From an uncultured bacterium (GTDB lineage Bacteria > Hydrothermota > UBA3073 > NMUJ01 > CBEVQO01): a stretch of 64,000 nucleotides of DNA. Under the pieces are notes generated by a model. The model did not search any database. It saw only the letters and a list, made by a program, of their open reading frames with translations, and had not been told where the DNA came from. Shown piece by piece: positions 49,036 to 58,328 of this stretch. The position numbers were made by a program, and so were the translations under genes. Location: contig CBEVQO010000003.1 of NCBI GenBank assembly GCA_965552055.1, positions 64,001 through 128,000 of the forward strand. The letters are read 5' to 3'. The first letter of the stretch is position 1. Each line of letters starts with the position of its first letter.

Positions 49036-49452
49036 TTATAACAACTCATATTTCGTACCCTTCTTTTTACCAATTTTTTTCAAAAGACTTCTGTTTACAA
49101 GTTCTTGTAAGTCTCTATATAAGGTCTTTTCCGAAACATCAGGTATCATATCTTTAAAAGCAGATAAACTTGCACTTTTATGTTCTTTTATATAGTTAAT
49201 TATCTTCATCTGTCTCTCATTCAATCCCATTTTTTTCAGATTTTCCTCGGTATAGATATCTTTATAAAATACAACTTTCATCACTCCGTATTCTTCAATA
49301 AAATCGGGCTCCGGCAATCCCTGTTTTTTGCAATTTTCAATAATTTTTAATGTTCCCCGTCCCCATGCCTCGATGAATCCTGCGTAATAGAAAACTCTCG
49401 CAAGAAGTTCATTTCTGGGTTTTGATAAATGTTCTTTTTTATTTCTTTTCAT
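49036..49452 (-). pseudogene. C-terminal fragment of an HATPase_c_4 + winged-HTH regulator (N-terminal domains missing)
   Basis: S.PRN.LLA.VF...G.IE.WGRG...I...C...GLPEP, then LNERQ..I and T..RDL.ELV...G..KGT.Y HTH. Confidence 0.65.
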
Positions 49453-49997
49453 TTTGTTTTATATCTAACTAACTGTTGTGATAAATCTTTTTTAACTATT
49501 CTGCGTAAAATTTCATCAATCGCTAAAACAGTTTCTTCGCTTATTTCAACAAATTTCCTGTATTCTCTTTCAGAGGCTTGTTCCATAATTTTGTGAATGT
49601 TTCCGAAATACCGATCAGGTTTTAGCCATGAGGCAGGGTGAACAAGATTTCGGGTCATTTGCACCCATTTTACCCAATTTCTAAACTCTCCTATGTTTTC
49701 AATTTGTTCTTTTAAAGGAAGCCATTTAAGTTCCTCGGCAATTTCTATGAGATCTTTTAGAGTAAATTCAAGAAAAATTCCTCTTTTTCTTTTAGTTTTT
49801 CGTTTCTTACTCTTATAAGTGTTAGTATTTCTTACTTTTTCGGGATAAGCAAAGCACATGGCTAAAAGTAATGCTTCTAAACTGGCTCCATATAAAATTA
49901 AAGATGCAATGTAACATTTGTTTTCATAACATTTTTGTGCCTCCTCAAAAAATTTTTGAGCCACATTCATAATTTTTTCTACGTCATAACCATTCAT
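49449..49997 (-). CDS. HEPN-like domain protein (putative RNase)
   Basis: ASLILYGASLEALL helix, L.DLI..A..L.W and RNLVHP (R-x3-H). Confidence 0.65.
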   Translation of the reverse strand: MNGYDVEKIMNVAQKFFEEAQKCYENKCYIASLILYGASLEALLLAMCFAYPEKVRNTNTYKSKKRKTKRKRGIFLEFTLKDLIEIAEELKWLPLKEQIENIGEFRNWVKWVQMTRNLVHPASWLKPDRYFGNIHKIMEQASEREYRKFVEISEETVLAIDEILRRIVKKDLSQQLVRYKTK

Positions 49998-52305
49998 AAA
50001 TCATTTTCAGAGTTGATTTGACATAATTTTCCAGTTCGTTTCGAGCATAGTCCGTTCTATAAGAAGCTGTAATACAACTATGATGCGAGTATTTTGAAAA
50101 ATCACATAAGTTGCTAAGTTCGTTTATAACCTCATCTTTATTACTATGTTTAAATTTTAACGAAGGATTATCTTTTATTTTCCTTAGTTTATTTACCATA
50201 CTTCCTAACCAACAATCTTCACCTAAATCTTTAAAAAATTGAAAATAATTAAATTTGAGTTTATCTTCTAAACAAATCCTAATTAGTCTTCTTATTTCGT
50301 CTAACGGTATTTCTTCCCCATTCAGGAAAGATTCTAATTTTGCAAGATTTTTAAAATATGGAAGTTTTTTATCCTCTTCAATATTCCATTTAATTATTTT
50401 TCCATTCTTAATTTGTAGACATTGCGGAGCAATCCCTATATCACGCAAAGTATCATATAATTCAAAAGCAAAAGTATTAAAATGAGTAAAAATGATCACT
50501 TGTTTTGCCTTTTTTGCCAAATCTCTTATAATTTCAATTGTTCGTCTTTTTCTATTAATATCAAAACTTGAAATAGGGTCATCAAATATGATGATTTTAT
50601 TTTGAAGGTCTCCATCTATATAGAGTTTTGCTATAAAAAACGATAGTGCAAGTCCATTTCTATCTCCTGCACTTAGAGCAAATTTAGTATGAGAGAGTGG
50701 ATTTATTTCTGCTCCTTCATATTCTAAGAAATATTCGAAATAAGGTTCTTTCCCTTTTCCTCTATATCTTGAAATTTGCTTGATAATTTTGAATGGGATG
50801 CCAAATTTTTCAAGAATTATGTTTGTTTTTTTACCGTATTTTTGTATTTTTTCAGAGACAGCAAATTTCAATTTTTCTTGATTCTCTCGGATTGTTTTTT
50901 TTATCTTATTTATTTCATTTTTAACATTTTTATATTCTTCACATAATCGCATAATTTCGGGAGAGAATCTTCGCTTTTTAATTTTAAGTTTTTCAAGTTC
51001 TTTCTCTAATTTCTCAATATCTGGTTGTTTTTCTTTTAATTCTGAGATTTGTGTATTTAAATTTTTGACTTTAAAATTATAATCTTCAATTGCTGTATTA
51101 AACTTTGAAACAATTTGTTGTAATTTATCTATATAATCTGTCTCTATAGGTGACAAGATTTTTTTGGATTTGTTTTCTAATGCTAATTTAACTTTTCGAA
51201 AATATTCATTTATTTTCGAGGAATATTCTTCAAACTTTTTTATCTCAAATATTTCTATATTCTTTATAAATCTTTTCCAAAACTCAAGCAATCCATTATT
51301 TCTTAAAATGATATTTTTAGCGTCATTTAATATGCGTTCAATATTAAATTTCTCAATTTTATACAAATATTGCTTAACCTCTTCGTCAATTTTCCTATAT
51401 TCTTGGTTAAAATATTGCTGATATGATTTAATCATAATTTCCGCTTTTGTAAGGTCTTGCTGACAAAAAGGACATTTGTTATCCTTTACGTGTTCTACTA
51501 CTAATAATCCTTGATGTATCCACTCTTCAGCTTTTTCTCCTATGGCATTAACAAGTTTATTTATATGTTGTTTTGTTTTTTGCAATGCGTCTTCTGAAAT
51601 TGTAGTTAATGATTTTTTTAAAATTGTTTTTAGAATATTTAAATCAAAAGGTAAAGAGAATTTAGGAATTTCTTTTAAATTTTCTTTCTGTCTAATCTCA
51701 GAAAATTCTTTTGCTATGTTAATTTTATGTTCTTTTTCTTGAATTTTTTCATCTATCTCCGGATCTTCAGTCAAATTAATATAAGTTTCTACATCAAAGT
51801 TGTTTTTTATTAATATTTCTATTTGGTTCTCTAACTTTTCTAATTTAGGGTATTTTTCTGATTGCAATTCTTCTTTTATTTTTTCAATTTCTTTCGCTAA
51901 TTCCACGCCTTCTTCGCCCATAACAAATCCATATAAACGTTTTTGATGTTCTGGAAATATTTCCATTCCTGTGTATACATTTTCATTTACAAAAAATTCA
52001 TCAAAAATTTCTATGTTTTTTAATTCATTTTTCCAATTACTCCAGTTACCAGTTTGAAATCTAAATACTTCATTATTGCTAAATAATAATTCAATATACG
52101 GTTCATCGTTGGCTCCAAAAGTTTTTTTCTTTAAAATCAAATCTGGATTATTAAGATGTAAAGAACGCACTATAGATACTAAAGTACTTTTTCCTACACT
52201 GTTTTCTCCATAAATTATATTAACTTTATGTAAACTAATGTCTCCTGAGGCGGAAAAATTTCTGAATTTTCCTACATTTCTGATTTTAATAAACTTTTTA
52301 ATCAT
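49984..52305 (-). CDS. RloC-like Rad50-type ABC ATPase (AAA_13) with zinc hook; putative anticodon nuclease
   Basis: Walker A GENSVGKS, coiled coil with CPFCQQ, signature LSAGDR, Walker B IIFDDPISSFD, IFTH, and C-terminal R..LE...SHH. Confidence 0.75.
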   Translation of the reverse strand: MIKKFIKIRNVGKFRNFSASGDISLHKVNIIYGENSVGKSTLVSIVRSLHLNNPDLILKKKTFGANDEPYIELLFSNNEVFRFQTGNWSNWKNELKNIEIFDEFFVNENVYTGMEIFPEHQKRLYGFVMGEEGVELAKEIEKIKEELQSEKYPKLEKLENQIEILIKNNFDVETYINLTEDPEIDEKIQEKEHKINIAKEFSEIRQKENLKEIPKFSLPFDLNILKTILKKSLTTISEDALQKTKQHINKLVNAIGEKAEEWIHQGLLVVEHVKDNKCPFCQQDLTKAEIMIKSYQQYFNQEYRKIDEEVKQYLYKIEKFNIERILNDAKNIILRNNGLLEFWKRFIKNIEIFEIKKFEEYSSKINEYFRKVKLALENKSKKILSPIETDYIDKLQQIVSKFNTAIEDYNFKVKNLNTQISELKEKQPDIEKLEKELEKLKIKKRRFSPEIMRLCEEYKNVKNEINKIKKTIRENQEKLKFAVSEKIQKYGKKTNIILEKFGIPFKIIKQISRYRGKGKEPYFEYFLEYEGAEINPLSHTKFALSAGDRNGLALSFFIAKLYIDGDLQNKIIIFDDPISSFDINRKRRTIEIIRDLAKKAKQVIIFTHFNTFAFELYDTLRDIGIAPQCLQIKNGKIIKWNIEEDKKLPYFKNLAKLESFLNGEEIPLDEIRRLIRICLEDKLKFNYFQFFKDLGEDCWLGSMVNKLRKIKDNPSLKFKHSNKDEVINELSNLCDFSKYSHHSCITASYRTDYARNELENYVKSTLKMIYEWL

Positions 52306-52308
52306 ATT

Positions 52309-54816
52309 TCACCACCATATCAAATCTTTAACATATTTATAAAACATCTCCTTTTTTCCATCCGGCAACTCCACATATTCAAGATTTTTCGGGTCAATCT
52401 TCGTCCCGTCTTCAAGCTCAGCATAATCCTTTGTTATCTTTTTAATCCATTTGCCCAGTAGATTTGAGAGTGTTTCAACAATGTCTATTTCCTTTCCATC
52501 TTTTTCTTTTGAATAAAGTTTTGAGAAATCAACTTTTACTTTGTTATTCTCATAATCAATTTCAAGACATTCGAGCATTTTCGGGTCTTTCATAAAAATA
52601 TACTGGCTATATGGGTCTTCATAGGGATTTTCAAATAAATCAGAATCTTCATATTTTGCTTTTCTTAAAACATCTTCATACTGTTCAAGTTCGTAATATT
52701 TGAAAAATCCGCCCGCATTTTTCTCATTATATTTTTCCTTAACATCCTTTTCTTTTGAAATTCCCGACTTGTCATAAAATAAAACCTTTTTCATTCTTGG
52801 TAAAACAACGGTATAAAAATGCTCTCCAACCTCAATCCCTATCCATTTTCTTTTTAACTTATGAGTCACAGCGCATGTTGTGCCGGAACCTAGAAAGAAA
52901 TCCATAATTAAATCTCCTTCATTTGAAGTGGATTCTATCACGCGCTTTAAAAGGATTTCAGAATTTTCGGTTTTAAAATGCCAATTAAATGAATAACCTG
53001 AAATATCTGTCCAATTAGTTCCGGGGGCTTTTTTATCCAGCAATATATAAAGTTTTCCATTTTTGATTTTTAATCGACCTTCTTTATACATTCTATTGGC
53101 TACCTCGTTTCCTCTAGCCCAGCAGTAGCCTTTTCGTGGATAAAAAACTTGATTCTCAATAATAATAGGTTTACCCGTTTGACCTCGGTTAGGCTTCTCC
53201 TGCATTAATACCCATTGCGGTTCTCTTTCAATCCAAATTCTTTTGAAAAAGATCAAATTATGATTTTTACAGTAATTTATTAAGCTTTCAGTTTCTTGCT
53301 CTAGATTGTTTACCTCTCTTTTTGCTAAATAAGCAGTTTTCTTTAAAATTATCTCATTCCTAAAATTTTCCCCTCCAAAAATCTCATTCATCAATAACCT
53401 CACATACATATTTCCATTGTAATCGCACCTTACAAATATGCTTCCTGTATCTTTTAATAAATCTTTTGCTATTCTTAATCTGTTTTCAAGCATTGTTATC
53501 CATGTTGCATCTTTGTATTTAACCGAATAGAAGTAATCCGCGTCCTGTTCTTTGTTAAAAGGCGGGTCTATGTAAATTGTCTGAACCTTTTCCCTGAATT
53601 TATTTAATATGGTGTTAAGTGCCTGATAATTCTCAGATTTTATTAACCAGCCATCAAGGGATTCGTCAAGATTATCAAATAATGATAAAATTTCGATCTC
53701 CAAATCTTTAAAATACTTTGTGTCAATCGGAAGGAATCTGTATTTTTCATTTAAATTTTTACCCGTTAAATCTTCTTTTAAAATTTCTTTCCTTAAATCG
53801 GATTCTTTTAATTTATCCTCAATTATTCCGAGTTCTTTCCATTCCTTCACTTGCTCCCCGAAATTTGGATGTTCAAGTATTTTCTCAACGATTAACTTTT
53901 CGTTTTTCGCTTTTGACTTTTCTTTCTCAAAAATCCTATCAAGGGTTATCACATAATTTGAGTTAAAAACAAATTTCGGTTTGTTCCAAATTTTCACAAG
54001 TTCGTTTTCAAATTGAGAAATGAATCTGATTATTTTATATGCAATATCTTTTAAAATCTGTAATTCTTTTATTCTTTTTTCAGTCCATTCACTTTTTTCT
54101 TTAAAAACATATTGATAAAGCCATAAATCAAATTGCTCTTTTAAAAATTCTTCTGCATTTTTGTTTATAAAATAGTCAACTTCGCTTTGTCTTTCAAAAA
54201 CTTTAAAGGCTCTTTCCAGGATATCTGTAGTGATTTTAATACCGTGTTTTTTGAGTTCTTTTATTATTTTTTCAACATTCGTTTTTCTCCCTCTTTCTGT
54301 GTAAAGAACATTAAAAACAATTGTTTTATCTTTTTGAATTTCTTTAAACTCATAAATTAATTCTCTTTTTTCAGTTGCCTTTTTATGTTCAAGTTTGGAA
54401 ACATCAAAATAAAATTTGAAGCCATCTATTTCTGTTCCCATATTTTTAAAAATCCTATCGGTTTTAACATAATAAAGCATTCTTGTTTTCCAGAAAAGGA
54501 TTACATCTTTGTCATCAGTATAAATTTTGTCATAAATACTTTGATGTAAAGGAGTATAATCAAAATAAATGGAACCACTTTTAGAGAAATAACGAGAAAA
54601 GAAAGTATAAAGCTTATCAAATAATTCCTCACGAAATTCTGGAAATTCTTTAAGGGCTGCTTCAATATCTCTTTGTAATTTGGGAAATACCCCTTTCTCG
54701 AAATATTTAGACTTAATTTTCATTAAATTGATATAACCTGATTCGCCCTCTATTTTTTCACCTATAAATACTTCTTTTAAGGCATCATAAAATTTTTTCT
54801 CTTTTTGGATCATCAT
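52309..54816 (-). CDS. mod: Type III RM DNA methyltransferase (Mod)
   Basis: IKSENYQAL, YIDPPFN, K.ENSE.LL.R.I and DFFLGSGTT motifs; upstream of res. Confidence 0.92.
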   Translation of the reverse strand: MMIQKEKKFYDALKEVFIGEKIEGESGYINLMKIKSKYFEKGVFPKLQRDIEAALKEFPEFREELFDKLYTFFSRYFSKSGSIYFDYTPLHQSIYDKIYTDDKDVILFWKTRMLYYVKTDRIFKNMGTEIDGFKFYFDVSKLEHKKATEKRELIYEFKEIQKDKTIVFNVLYTERGRKTNVEKIIKELKKHGIKITTDILERAFKVFERQSEVDYFINKNAEEFLKEQFDLWLYQYVFKEKSEWTEKRIKELQILKDIAYKIIRFISQFENELVKIWNKPKFVFNSNYVITLDRIFEKEKSKAKNEKLIVEKILEHPNFGEQVKEWKELGIIEDKLKESDLRKEILKEDLTGKNLNEKYRFLPIDTKYFKDLEIEILSLFDNLDESLDGWLIKSENYQALNTILNKFREKVQTIYIDPPFNKEQDADYFYSVKYKDATWITMLENRLRIAKDLLKDTGSIFVRCDYNGNMYVRLLMNEIFGGENFRNEIILKKTAYLAKREVNNLEQETESLINYCKNHNLIFFKRIWIEREPQWVLMQEKPNRGQTGKPIIIENQVFYPRKGYCWARGNEVANRMYKEGRLKIKNGKLYILLDKKAPGTNWTDISGYSFNWHFKTENSEILLKRVIESTSNEGDLIMDFFLGSGTTCAVTHKLKRKWIGIEVGEHFYTVVLPRMKKVLFYDKSGISKEKDVKEKYNEKNAGGFFKYYELEQYEDVLRKAKYEDSDLFENPYEDPYSQYIFMKDPKMLECLEIDYENNKVKVDFSKLYSKEKDGKEIDIVETLSNLLGKWIKKITKDYAELEDGTKIDPKNLEYVELPDGKKEMFYKYVKDLIWW

Positions 54817-54818
54817 AA

Positions 54819-54845
54819 ATTTTACTTAAATATTATTGTTGTCAA
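54819..54845 (-). promoter_or_regulatory. Putative mod promoter TTGACA-N15-TAAAAT, leaderless
   Basis: TT-ATG-ATG follows (54816 and 54813). Confidence 0.65.
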
Positions 54846-54855
54846 GAATAAAATC

Positions 54856-55332
54856 TTACAAATTCGACCACTTTTGTGCGAGTTCGTCTCTGCGAGGTTT
54901 ATAAACTTTTTCGTAGAACAGGCGCTGTGATTTCAATACATCTTCGCCTGCTTCTTTACAAATTTTTACCGCTTCTTCCCATGCTTTATCAAATTTGCCA
55001 CCAAATCTTTTCTCAATTTGGCGTTCAAAATCTTTCTCTGTTTGTATTTCGCCGCCTATTGTAAAATACTTTTTGCCTTCGATTTCCACACAAAAAGCCA
55101 TTTCATCACCAACTTTGAATTGCTCTATTTTCAACTCTTTCTTATATTTCCTTTTATATTCGGGTTTTAATTCTACGGGTTTTTGTATCTTTTTGAATCC
55201 TTTCTTTGCTGCTGCATAAAATATTGCACGATTTAAACCAAAACTTTTTGCAGATTCCAAAGGAAGTAGATTAAGGACATAAACTCTTGCTGCCTGCAAT
55301 GTAGCCATAACCTGAAACCTACCTACCATCAT
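54856..55332 (-). CDS. Conserved hypothetical protein
   Basis: Likely start 55332/55329 (MVGRFQVMATLQAAR..GLNRAIFYAAAK). The longer track ORF overlaps the next gene. Confidence 0.7.
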   Translation of the reverse strand: MMVGRFQVMATLQAARVYVLNLLPLESAKSFGLNRAIFYAAAKKGFKKIQKPVELKPEYKRKYKKELKIEQFKVGDEMAFCVEIEGKKYFTIGGEIQTEKDFERQIEKRFGGKFDKAWEEAVKICKEAGEDVLKSQRLFYEKVYKPRRDELAQKWSNL

Positions 55333-55334
55333 TA

Positions 55335-55396
55335 TTTTTATGCAAAAGAGAAATTTGTCAATAAGAATCTTGACAAAGTATATAAATGAGTAAAAT
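55335..55396. promoter_or_regulatory. Back-to-back divergent promoters: TTGACA-N15-TAAAAA (minus) and TTGACA-N15-TAAAAT (plus)
   Basis: tgtcaa at 55356-55361 and ttgaca at 55370-55375; starts at 55329 and 55403. Confidence 0.6.
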
Positions 55397-55402
55397 AGGT
55401 TG

Positions 55403-56605
55403 ATGATTAAAAGACTAAAAGTTAAAAATTTTAAGAGTTTTAAAGAAATTGATGTTAACTTGGGCAGATTTAATGTTTTAATAGGACCAAATGCTTCTGG
55501 GAAAACAAATTTTACCCAGATTTTTAATTTCATAAGAGATATTATAAATTTAGGTTTAGAGGATGCAATATTTTCTCAAGGAGGTCCCAATTATATTCGT
55601 AATTTAAATTGCAAAGAAGATTTTTTGACAATAAATATTTCGTTAGATGAAAAATTATCTCTACATAGGAAAGGGACTCCTTTTGGGATAAATATAGAAG
55701 AAACAGAATATGAGATAGATATTTCTTTTCGAGGTAAAAGTCAATTCATAATAGATAGGGAAATAATATTTGAACATTGCGAATTTATTGACACAGAAAA
55801 AAAAGAAGCGAATAAAGGATTTATAAAAGTTTTGAGAGAAAGAAATGATGTAAAAGTTGAAATAAATTCTCCTGAAAATTTTCCTCTAAAAGAAAATGAT
55901 ATATGTTCGCCTTTACTTCCACAAATAATAGGAAAATATAGTTTACTACGCATGATCTCTCCGCCCTTTGCAGACCAGTTTTTAAAATTAAATAAAATAA
56001 AAGTATTTAACATTAATCCTCAAGAGGCAAAGAAAAATAGACCTATCTCAGGAAGATTGTCATTAGAAGAGGATGGAAGCAATTTGCCTCTTATCCTGAA
56101 AAACATATTAGAAGATGATGAGAAGAGGAATAAATTGTTAAATTTAGTGAATGACATTTTACCTTTTGTAGAAGATATTATTATAGAAAAAAGGTTCGAA
56201 GAGAAAGAGTTATCGTTTAAATTGTATGAAAAATATTTAATGGAAGATATTCCTTCGTCTTTGATATCTGATGGTACTATTAACTTAATTATTATGATAA
56301 TCATGCTTTATTTCGAGAAATTGCCGCTTGTTATAATCGAAGAACCTGAAAGAAATATTCACCCATCCATAATTTTTCGAATAGTAAACATGATGAAAGA
56401 AGCATCAAAAGATAAACAAATTATTATTACAACACATAATCCATTATTTGTAAAGTATGTTGATTTGGAAAATTTACTTTTGATAAAAAGAGATGAGGAA
56501 GGAAACTCTGTAATAACTTGTGCAGAAGAACATGAAGAAATAAAAATATTTTTGGAAAATGAAATAGGTCTGGATGAACTTTTTGTGAAAAATATATTAT
56601 CATAG
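55403..56605 (+). CDS. AAA_21/AAA_15 ABC-type ATPase (defence-associated family)
   Basis: NFKSF, GPNASGKTN, L..DGSNL, SDGT, IEEPE..IHP and ITTHNP motifs. Confidence 0.88.
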   Translation: MIKRLKVKNFKSFKEIDVNLGRFNVLIGPNASGKTNFTQIFNFIRDIINLGLEDAIFSQGGPNYIRNLNCKEDFLTINISLDEKLSLHRKGTPFGINIEETEYEIDISFRGKSQFIIDREIIFEHCEFIDTEKKEANKGFIKVLRERNDVKVEINSPENFPLKENDICSPLLPQIIGKYSLLRMISPPFADQFLKLNKIKVFNINPQEAKKNRPISGRLSLEEDGSNLPLILKNILEDDEKRNKLLNLVNDILPFVEDIIIEKRFEEKELSFKLYEKYLMEDIPSSLISDGTINLIIMIIMLYFEKLPLVIIEEPERNIHPSIIFRIVNMMKEASKDKQIIITTHNPLFVKYVDLENLLLIKRDEEGNSVITCAEEHEEIKIFLENEIGLDELFVKNILS

Positions 56606-56608
56606 TAA

Positions 56609-57139
56609 ATGGAATATAAGCTCCTTTTCATATTCGTTGAGGGAGAAAATGAAATGAGATTTTTTGAAAGAATGCTTGAACCTCTATTAAAACAAAAATA
56701 TTCTTGCATTAAAATTGTTCCTTATTCCAAAAAAGAAAGAAAATGGGATTGGATAAATGATTTTATTAGATCAATCAACAAGATGAAATTTGCCAGTTAT
56801 ATTTTTGTGACAGATATAAATACTGCTCCATGCGTTGCTGCAAGAAAAGAAGAAATAAAAAATAAAATTCGAAATATCTCTGATGATAGAATAATGGTAG
56901 TGGTGAAGGAAATCGAAAGTTGGTATATGGCTGGAGTAAGCGAAAATTTTCTCAGCAAAAATAAAATAAAGGTACCTAAAAATACCGATGATTTCATGAA
57001 AGAAGATTTTGAAAAAATTATTCCTAAAAAATTTTCAAAAAGAGAATTTTTAATAGAAATGTTAAAGTATTTTTCATGTGAGAGAGCCCAAAAGAAAAAT
57101 AAATCGTTTAAATATTTTATGACAAAATTCGATTGCTGA
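56609..57139 (+). CDS. TOPRIM-like partner protein (DUF4276/RloB-like)
   Basis: IFVEG..E, FVTD.N, KEIESWY.AG and N.SF..F motifs. Confidence 0.65.
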   Translation: MEYKLLFIFVEGENEMRFFERMLEPLLKQKYSCIKIVPYSKKERKWDWINDFIRSINKMKFASYIFVTDINTAPCVAARKEEIKNKIRNISDDRIMVVVKEIESWYMAGVSENFLSKNKIKVPKNTDDFMKEDFEKIIPKKFSKREFLIEMLKYFSCERAQKKNKSFKYFMTKFDC

Positions 57140-57206
57140 TGAAGTTTCTGAGTCGAAATAGAAATAAGAGTAAGGCAAAGGCTTAAATTTTAAAAGAGAA
57201 TATTAA

Positions 57207-58244
57207 TCACTTTTTATAAGGAATGCGTAATAAATCAAATGTTATAATTGAATTGAGACGCTTAACTTTTATCCTTGTTTTTGTCCCAGGTTTTCCTTCC
57301 AACAATTTTATGATTTCAGAAAAAGGTTTATTGCATGTATTCACGCTGTCTATTTCGATTATCATATCATATTTTTTTATACCTATACTGTCTGCGGGTG
57401 TTCCTTTTATTACCTCTAAAACAGTAGGATAATAAGAATTACCATCAACTGTAAAAATAGCAATTCGAACTCCTGTTTCACATTTAAAGGCTGAGGAATC
57501 TATATTAGAACATATGGGGAAATTTTTTAAAATATCTCGTATAACAAATTGTGAACAAACCCTTATATCTGGATTTTTAGAAACACCCACACCGCATCCC
57601 GACCAGACATTTTTAAGTGTTTTCCCATCATATACCCATATAATTGCCGAAGGTAAAAAATAACCTACTGTATACCCGGGTTTGATGTAAGTTTTTGTAG
57701 TTAAATATCCCGGAACATAAATAGTTTTAGTATCCATTCCTTGCCATGTACCCCAAGTGTGGGAAAAGTTTGAATTATATGAGGACATGTTAAATCTATA
57801 GTAAGAGAAATCATGAATAGTGATGTATTTACCTGGCACCCATACAGGAACTTGTTTAATTGATGGCGGAACTTTTATTTCTTTATATTCGATATCCACT
57901 TGAGCTGTGATTAAAAAGTCAGGAGTAGAATCTATTGGAACAAATTTATACCCTTTTGCTTCGAATATGTTTCTAATGAAAAATAAAATCTGGCGTTCTA
58001 AAATTGGATTCATTTTAACATCTTTTGCGATTATTGATAAAGGGAACACTGAAAATGTTCTGTAACTTGTGAAATCTGCTTCTGGTTCTTTGTATACTGA
58101 TACAGTTGGTTTACATTTTAAGAATGCCGGACTTAAGTTATTACCGTAATATAACTTAACTTTTGTAATGGATGATGTGGAAGCACAAGATACAAATTTT
58201 AAGAGTACTAAAAGAAATACAAAATAAATTAACTTCACTTTCAT
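57207..58244 (-). CDS. Lipoprotein with DUF4136-like domain and C-terminal PDZ domain
   Basis: VSC lipobox; ADFTSYRTF, KGY.....PDFLI; V..GTPA...GIKK.D.I.EID. Confidence 0.7.
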   Translation of the reverse strand: MKVKLIYFVFLLVLLKFVSCASTSSITKVKLYYGNNLSPAFLKCKPTVSVYKEPEADFTSYRTFSVFPLSIIAKDVKMNPILERQILFFIRNIFEAKGYKFVPIDSTPDFLITAQVDIEYKEIKVPPSIKQVPVWVPGKYITIHDFSYYRFNMSSYNSNFSHTWGTWQGMDTKTIYVPGYLTTKTYIKPGYTVGYFLPSAIIWVYDGKTLKNVWSGCGVGVSKNPDIRVCSQFVIRDILKNFPICSNIDSSAFKCETGVRIAIFTVDGNSYYPTVLEVIKGTPADSIGIKKYDMIIEIDSVNTCNKPFSEIIKLLEGKPGTKTRIKVKRLNSIITFDLLRIPYKK

Positions 58245-58250
58245 CACATT

Positions 58251-58323
58251 ATTTTATACAAAATTTTTATTTTGTCAAGCGTAAAAATTAAAAAAGTTGA
58301 CAATACTAATTTGTGATTAAAAT
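58251..58323. promoter_or_regulatory. Divergent promoters: TTGACA-N16-TAAAAT (minus) and TTGACA-N15-TAAAAT (plus, purL), both leaderless
   Basis: tgtcaa at 58273-58278; ttgaca at 58297-58302 and taaaat at 58318-58323; ATG at 58329. Confidence 0.65.
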
Positions 58324-58328
58324 AACAG

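Noticed and set aside
52309..54816. Phase-variable mod (phasevarion)
   Set aside because: No simple-sequence repeat tract seen in or before mod.
55333..55533. N-terminal extension of the 225-aa minus ORF
   Set aside because: Overlaps the AAA ATPase gene and the divergent promoters.
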